From Planctomycetia bacterium (GTDB lineage: Bacteria > Planctomycetota > JAJSAM01 > JAJVHW01), in NCBI GenBank assembly GCA_031404455.1, contig JANNHP010000212.1:3419-67418 (forward strand): a stretch of DNA of 64,000 bases, given 5' to 3'. Both the position numbers and the translations under genes were made by a program. Shown here in pieces: positions 62,105-64,000 of the stretch. A model generated the notes under the pieces. That model ran no database searches and had not been told where the DNA came from. It saw only the letters and a list, made by a program, of their open reading frames with translations. How positions within the stretch are numbered: position 1 is the stretch's first letter; each line of letters opens with the position of its first letter.

Positions 62105-64000
62105 ATGCTGAACAGACAAGGTTGCTTGCTGGCCGCAGCGCTCGTGTCCGTCCTCGCGTGCGACCTCGCGCCGAGCTCGAGCTCCGCGGCGACGCCGGTG
62201 GGCATCACATACGACCCATCGACGACCTACCAGACGATGAGCGGCTGGGAGGCGACGCTCTACTCCGCGCAGGACAACTCGCAGTTCTCGCAGTTCAAGA
62301 GCGAACTCCAGCGCCGCCTCGTGGAGGAGGTCGGGATCAACCGCGTGCGACTCGAGATCCGCGCGGGCGCGGAGAACAGCACGGGTTGGTGGCAGCGGCT
62401 GGAGGACGGGAACTCCAACTACCAGGAGTGGCGCGACCACAGGTACGCGACCGTCAACGACAACTCGGACCCGAACAACCTGAACATGAACGGGTTCCAC
62501 TTCGAGGAGATCGACAACGACGTCGAGACGCTGCTCAATCCGATCAAGCAGCGCGTCGAGGCGCGCGGCGAGAAACTCCACATCAACCTCTGCTACGTGG
62601 CGTTCACGACCACGATCCCCGGGAGTCTCAGCTACCACCACACCGATCCGGCGGAGTACGCGGAGTTCGTCCTCGCCACGTTCACCCATCTCCAGAGCAA
62701 GTACGGGATGGTCCCGGACACGTTCGAGCTGATCCTCGAACCCGACAACTCGCCGGTGTGGAACTCCGGGACGCCGATCGGCCAGGCGCTCGTCGCGACG
62801 GCGTCGCGCCTCTCGGCGGCGGGTTTCCATCCCGGGTTCGTGGGGCCGTCGACCACGTTGATGAGCAACGCCAACACGTTCTTCGACGCGATGGACCAGG
62901 TCACCGGCGCGACCGCTCTGCTCTCCGAGCTCTCGTACCACCGCTACGGCGGGGTCTCGCTCGCGAACCTCCAGGGGATCGCGCAGCGCGCGGACAACCA
63001 CGGGATCCGGACGGCTCACCTCGAGCACATGGGCTCGGGACTGACCGACCTCCACGAGGACCTGACGGTCGGCCGCAACTCCGCGTGGTCTCGGTTCGTC
63101 GTCGCCTCGAACGGCGCAGACGACGGGGGCGGGTACTTCTGGATCGACTCGGTCGGCGGGTCGCCGGTCATCCGGGAGAGCAACGGGACGCGGTACCTGC
63201 GCCAGTATTTCCTCAACGTGCGCCTCGGCGCGGTGCGCGTCGGCGCGACGAGCACGGACGCGGCGCTCAGTCCGGTCGCGTGGGTCAACACCGACCAGCG
63301 TCCCGTCGTCGTCGTCAACGCGTCGGGGGCGAGGGACTTCAGCATCACGGGGCTCCCCGCCGGCACGTACGGCATCCGCTTTTCGGCGTCGGTGCAGGAG
63401 GCTTCGAGCATCCACATCGACGCGGGCGGCGCGCTCACGTCGAGCGTCGGCGCCGGGGACGTCGCGACGGTCTACGCAAAGACCCTCGACGTGCCGCCTC
63501 CCCCGCCTCCGCCCCCGCCGCCTCCGCCCCCCCCGCCGCCTCCGCCTCCGCCGACCGGGCCGATCGTCATCGACCCCGCCGAGCCGCCGATGCAGTTCGA
63601 CTTCGCGCCCGAGACGGATCCAAAGCACAAGCGCTGGATCGAGTTCTCGACCGACCCGGACTTCGCCGGGCGCCCGATCCGCATGCGGATCAGGAAGGGC
63701 GCCGTGAGCTACGTGCCGCGGGAGCGGAACTGGCGCCGCGTGCTGGAGGAGGGCCTCCTCGGCGAGGAGATCCACGCGAGGGTCGTGTGCCCGAAGCTCG
63801 AGATCACCGAAGCTCTCGCCGACATGGTCGTGGCGCCCGCGGCGGCTCCCACGGTCGTCAGTCCGGCGGCCGACGCCGAGCTCGACCGCAGTGCGGCGCA
63901 GGAGTTCGCCTTCGACGCCGGGGCGTCGCGCATCACGTGGATCGAGTTCTCGGCGACCGCCGACTTCGCGAGCGTCATCGCGCGCAGTCCTCTCAGAGAG
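62105..64000 (+). CDS. Secreted lipoprotein glycoside hydrolase-like (clan GH-A TIM barrel, GH30/GH5-like) with Pro20 linker and repeated C-terminal modules; 3' partial
   Basis: This ORF is not in the track because it has no stop within the window. ATG 62105 has GAGGAGG 4 nt upstream. Lipobox VLAC. Contains TYQTMSGWEATLY, ELILEPDN (acid/base-like) and LSELSYHRY (nucleophile-like). After the Pro20 run there are two modules sharing the WIEFS..(P/A)DFA motif. It is in frame to base 64000. Confidence 0.8.
   Translation, partial: MLNRQGCLLAAALVSVLACDLAPSSSSAATPVGITYDPSTTYQTMSGWEATLYSAQDNSQFSQFKSELQRRLVEEVGINRVRLEIRAGAENSTGWWQRLEDGNSNYQEWRDHRYATVNDNSDPNNLNMNGFHFEEIDNDVETLLNPIKQRVEARGEKLHINLCYVAFTTTIPGSLSYHHTDPAEYAEFVLATFTHLQSKYGMVPDTFELILEPDNSPVWNSGTPIGQALVATASRLSAAGFHPGFVGPSTTLMSNANTFFDAMDQVTGATALLSELSYHRYGGVSLANLQGIAQRADNHGIRTAHLEHMGSGLTDLHEDLTVGRNSAWSRFVVASNGADDGGGYFWIDSVGGSPVIRESNGTRYLRQYFLNVRLGAVRVGATSTDAALSPVAWVNTDQRPVVVVNASGARDFSITGLPAGTYGIRFSASVQEASSIHIDAGGALTSSVGAGDVATVYAKTLDVPPPPPPPPPPPPPPPPPPPPTGPIVIDPAEPPMQFDFAPETDPKHKRWIEFSTDPDFAGRPIRMRIRKGAVSYVPRERNWRRVLEEGLLGEEIHARVVCPKLEITEALADMVVAPAAAPTVVSPAADAELDRSAAQEFAFDAGASRITWIEFSATADFASVIARSPLRE
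63494..63553 (+). repeat. Uninterrupted run of 20 proline codons (CCN)20 within the glycosidase gene
   Basis: Counted codon by codon from 63494 (CCG CCT CCC ... CCG) to 63553. The antisense ORF reads poly-Gly. Confidence 0.95.

Noticed and set aside
63472-63684. Poly-G/poly-C low-complexity tract, possible simple repeat or CRISPR-like feature (antisense ORF reads poly-Gly)
   Set aside because: It is the in-frame (CCN)20 proline linker of the plus-strand glycosidase gene. There is no repeat-spacer structure.
1-64000. rRNA genes, CRISPR arrays, transposases/IS elements, prophage genes
   Set aside because: None were recognised. There are no conserved rRNA motifs, no regularly spaced repeats, and no DDE/serine/tyrosine recombinase signatures in any credible ORF.

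Overview
64-kb, visibly very GC-rich (roughly 70% by eye, not computed) chromosomal segment. It comes from a diderm bacterium: lipobox lipoproteins, outer-membrane beta-barrels ending in Phe, frequent GGAGG Shine-Dalgarno sites. The phylum cannot be assigned from sequence alone. I support about 55 protein-coding genes or gene remnants and one tRNA-Gly(CCC). I saw no rRNA, CRISPR array, transposase or integrase. Many long listed ORFs are Arg/Ala/Gly/Pro-rich antisense shadows of real genes and were discarded.

Layout:
- 1-4.5 kb: envelope genes (CarboxypepD_reg repeats, HEAT+VWA protein, membrane partner, orphan STAS).
- 4.5-7.1 kb: minus-strand operon SRAP(YedK-like) -> eRF1-like baeRF -> unknown.
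- 7.28-9.64 kb: tRNA-Gly followed by a small ORF and a DarT/DarG ADP-ribosylation toxin-antitoxin pair, then a decayed gene remnant.
- 10-12.5 kb: DUF4105 protein and a lipoprotein.
- 12.8-20.2 kb: seven-gene minus-strand operon made almost entirely of DUF envelope proteins (HEAT, DUF3313, DUF3300, DUF2950, lipase-like, double zinc ribbon, DUF4239).
- 21-24.3 kb: secreted beta-propeller/Ig protein and an orphan AAA/DUF4143 ATPase.
- 24.4-28.2 kb: tandemly duplicated, differentially decayed arylsulfatase/HAD/membrane-protein module.
- 28.3-37.7 kb: frameshifted DUF3857-transglutaminase, AstE/AspA-like deacylase, two OM barrels, an 8-haem cytochrome c-TPR lipoprotein, and second copies of DUF3313 and DUF4239.
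- 38-61.8 kb: about 24 kb glycan/glycoconjugate cluster. It holds 5 GT2, 3 GT-C-like membrane proteins, a Wzx-like flippase, a UPF0104 flippase-like protein, CDP-hexose genes rfbF/rfbG plus a C-methyltransferase and reductase, GMC+SDR oxidoreductases, an FkbM methyltransferase and an AlgX/AlgJ-like acyltransferase.
- 62.1 kb to the end: secreted clan-GH-A-like glycosidase with a Pro20 linker (3' partial).

The most interesting candidates are the SRAP-baeRF-unknown operon next to tRNA/DarTG, the lipid-linked-sugar logic of the glycan cluster, and three frame disruptions in or next to short G/C runs.
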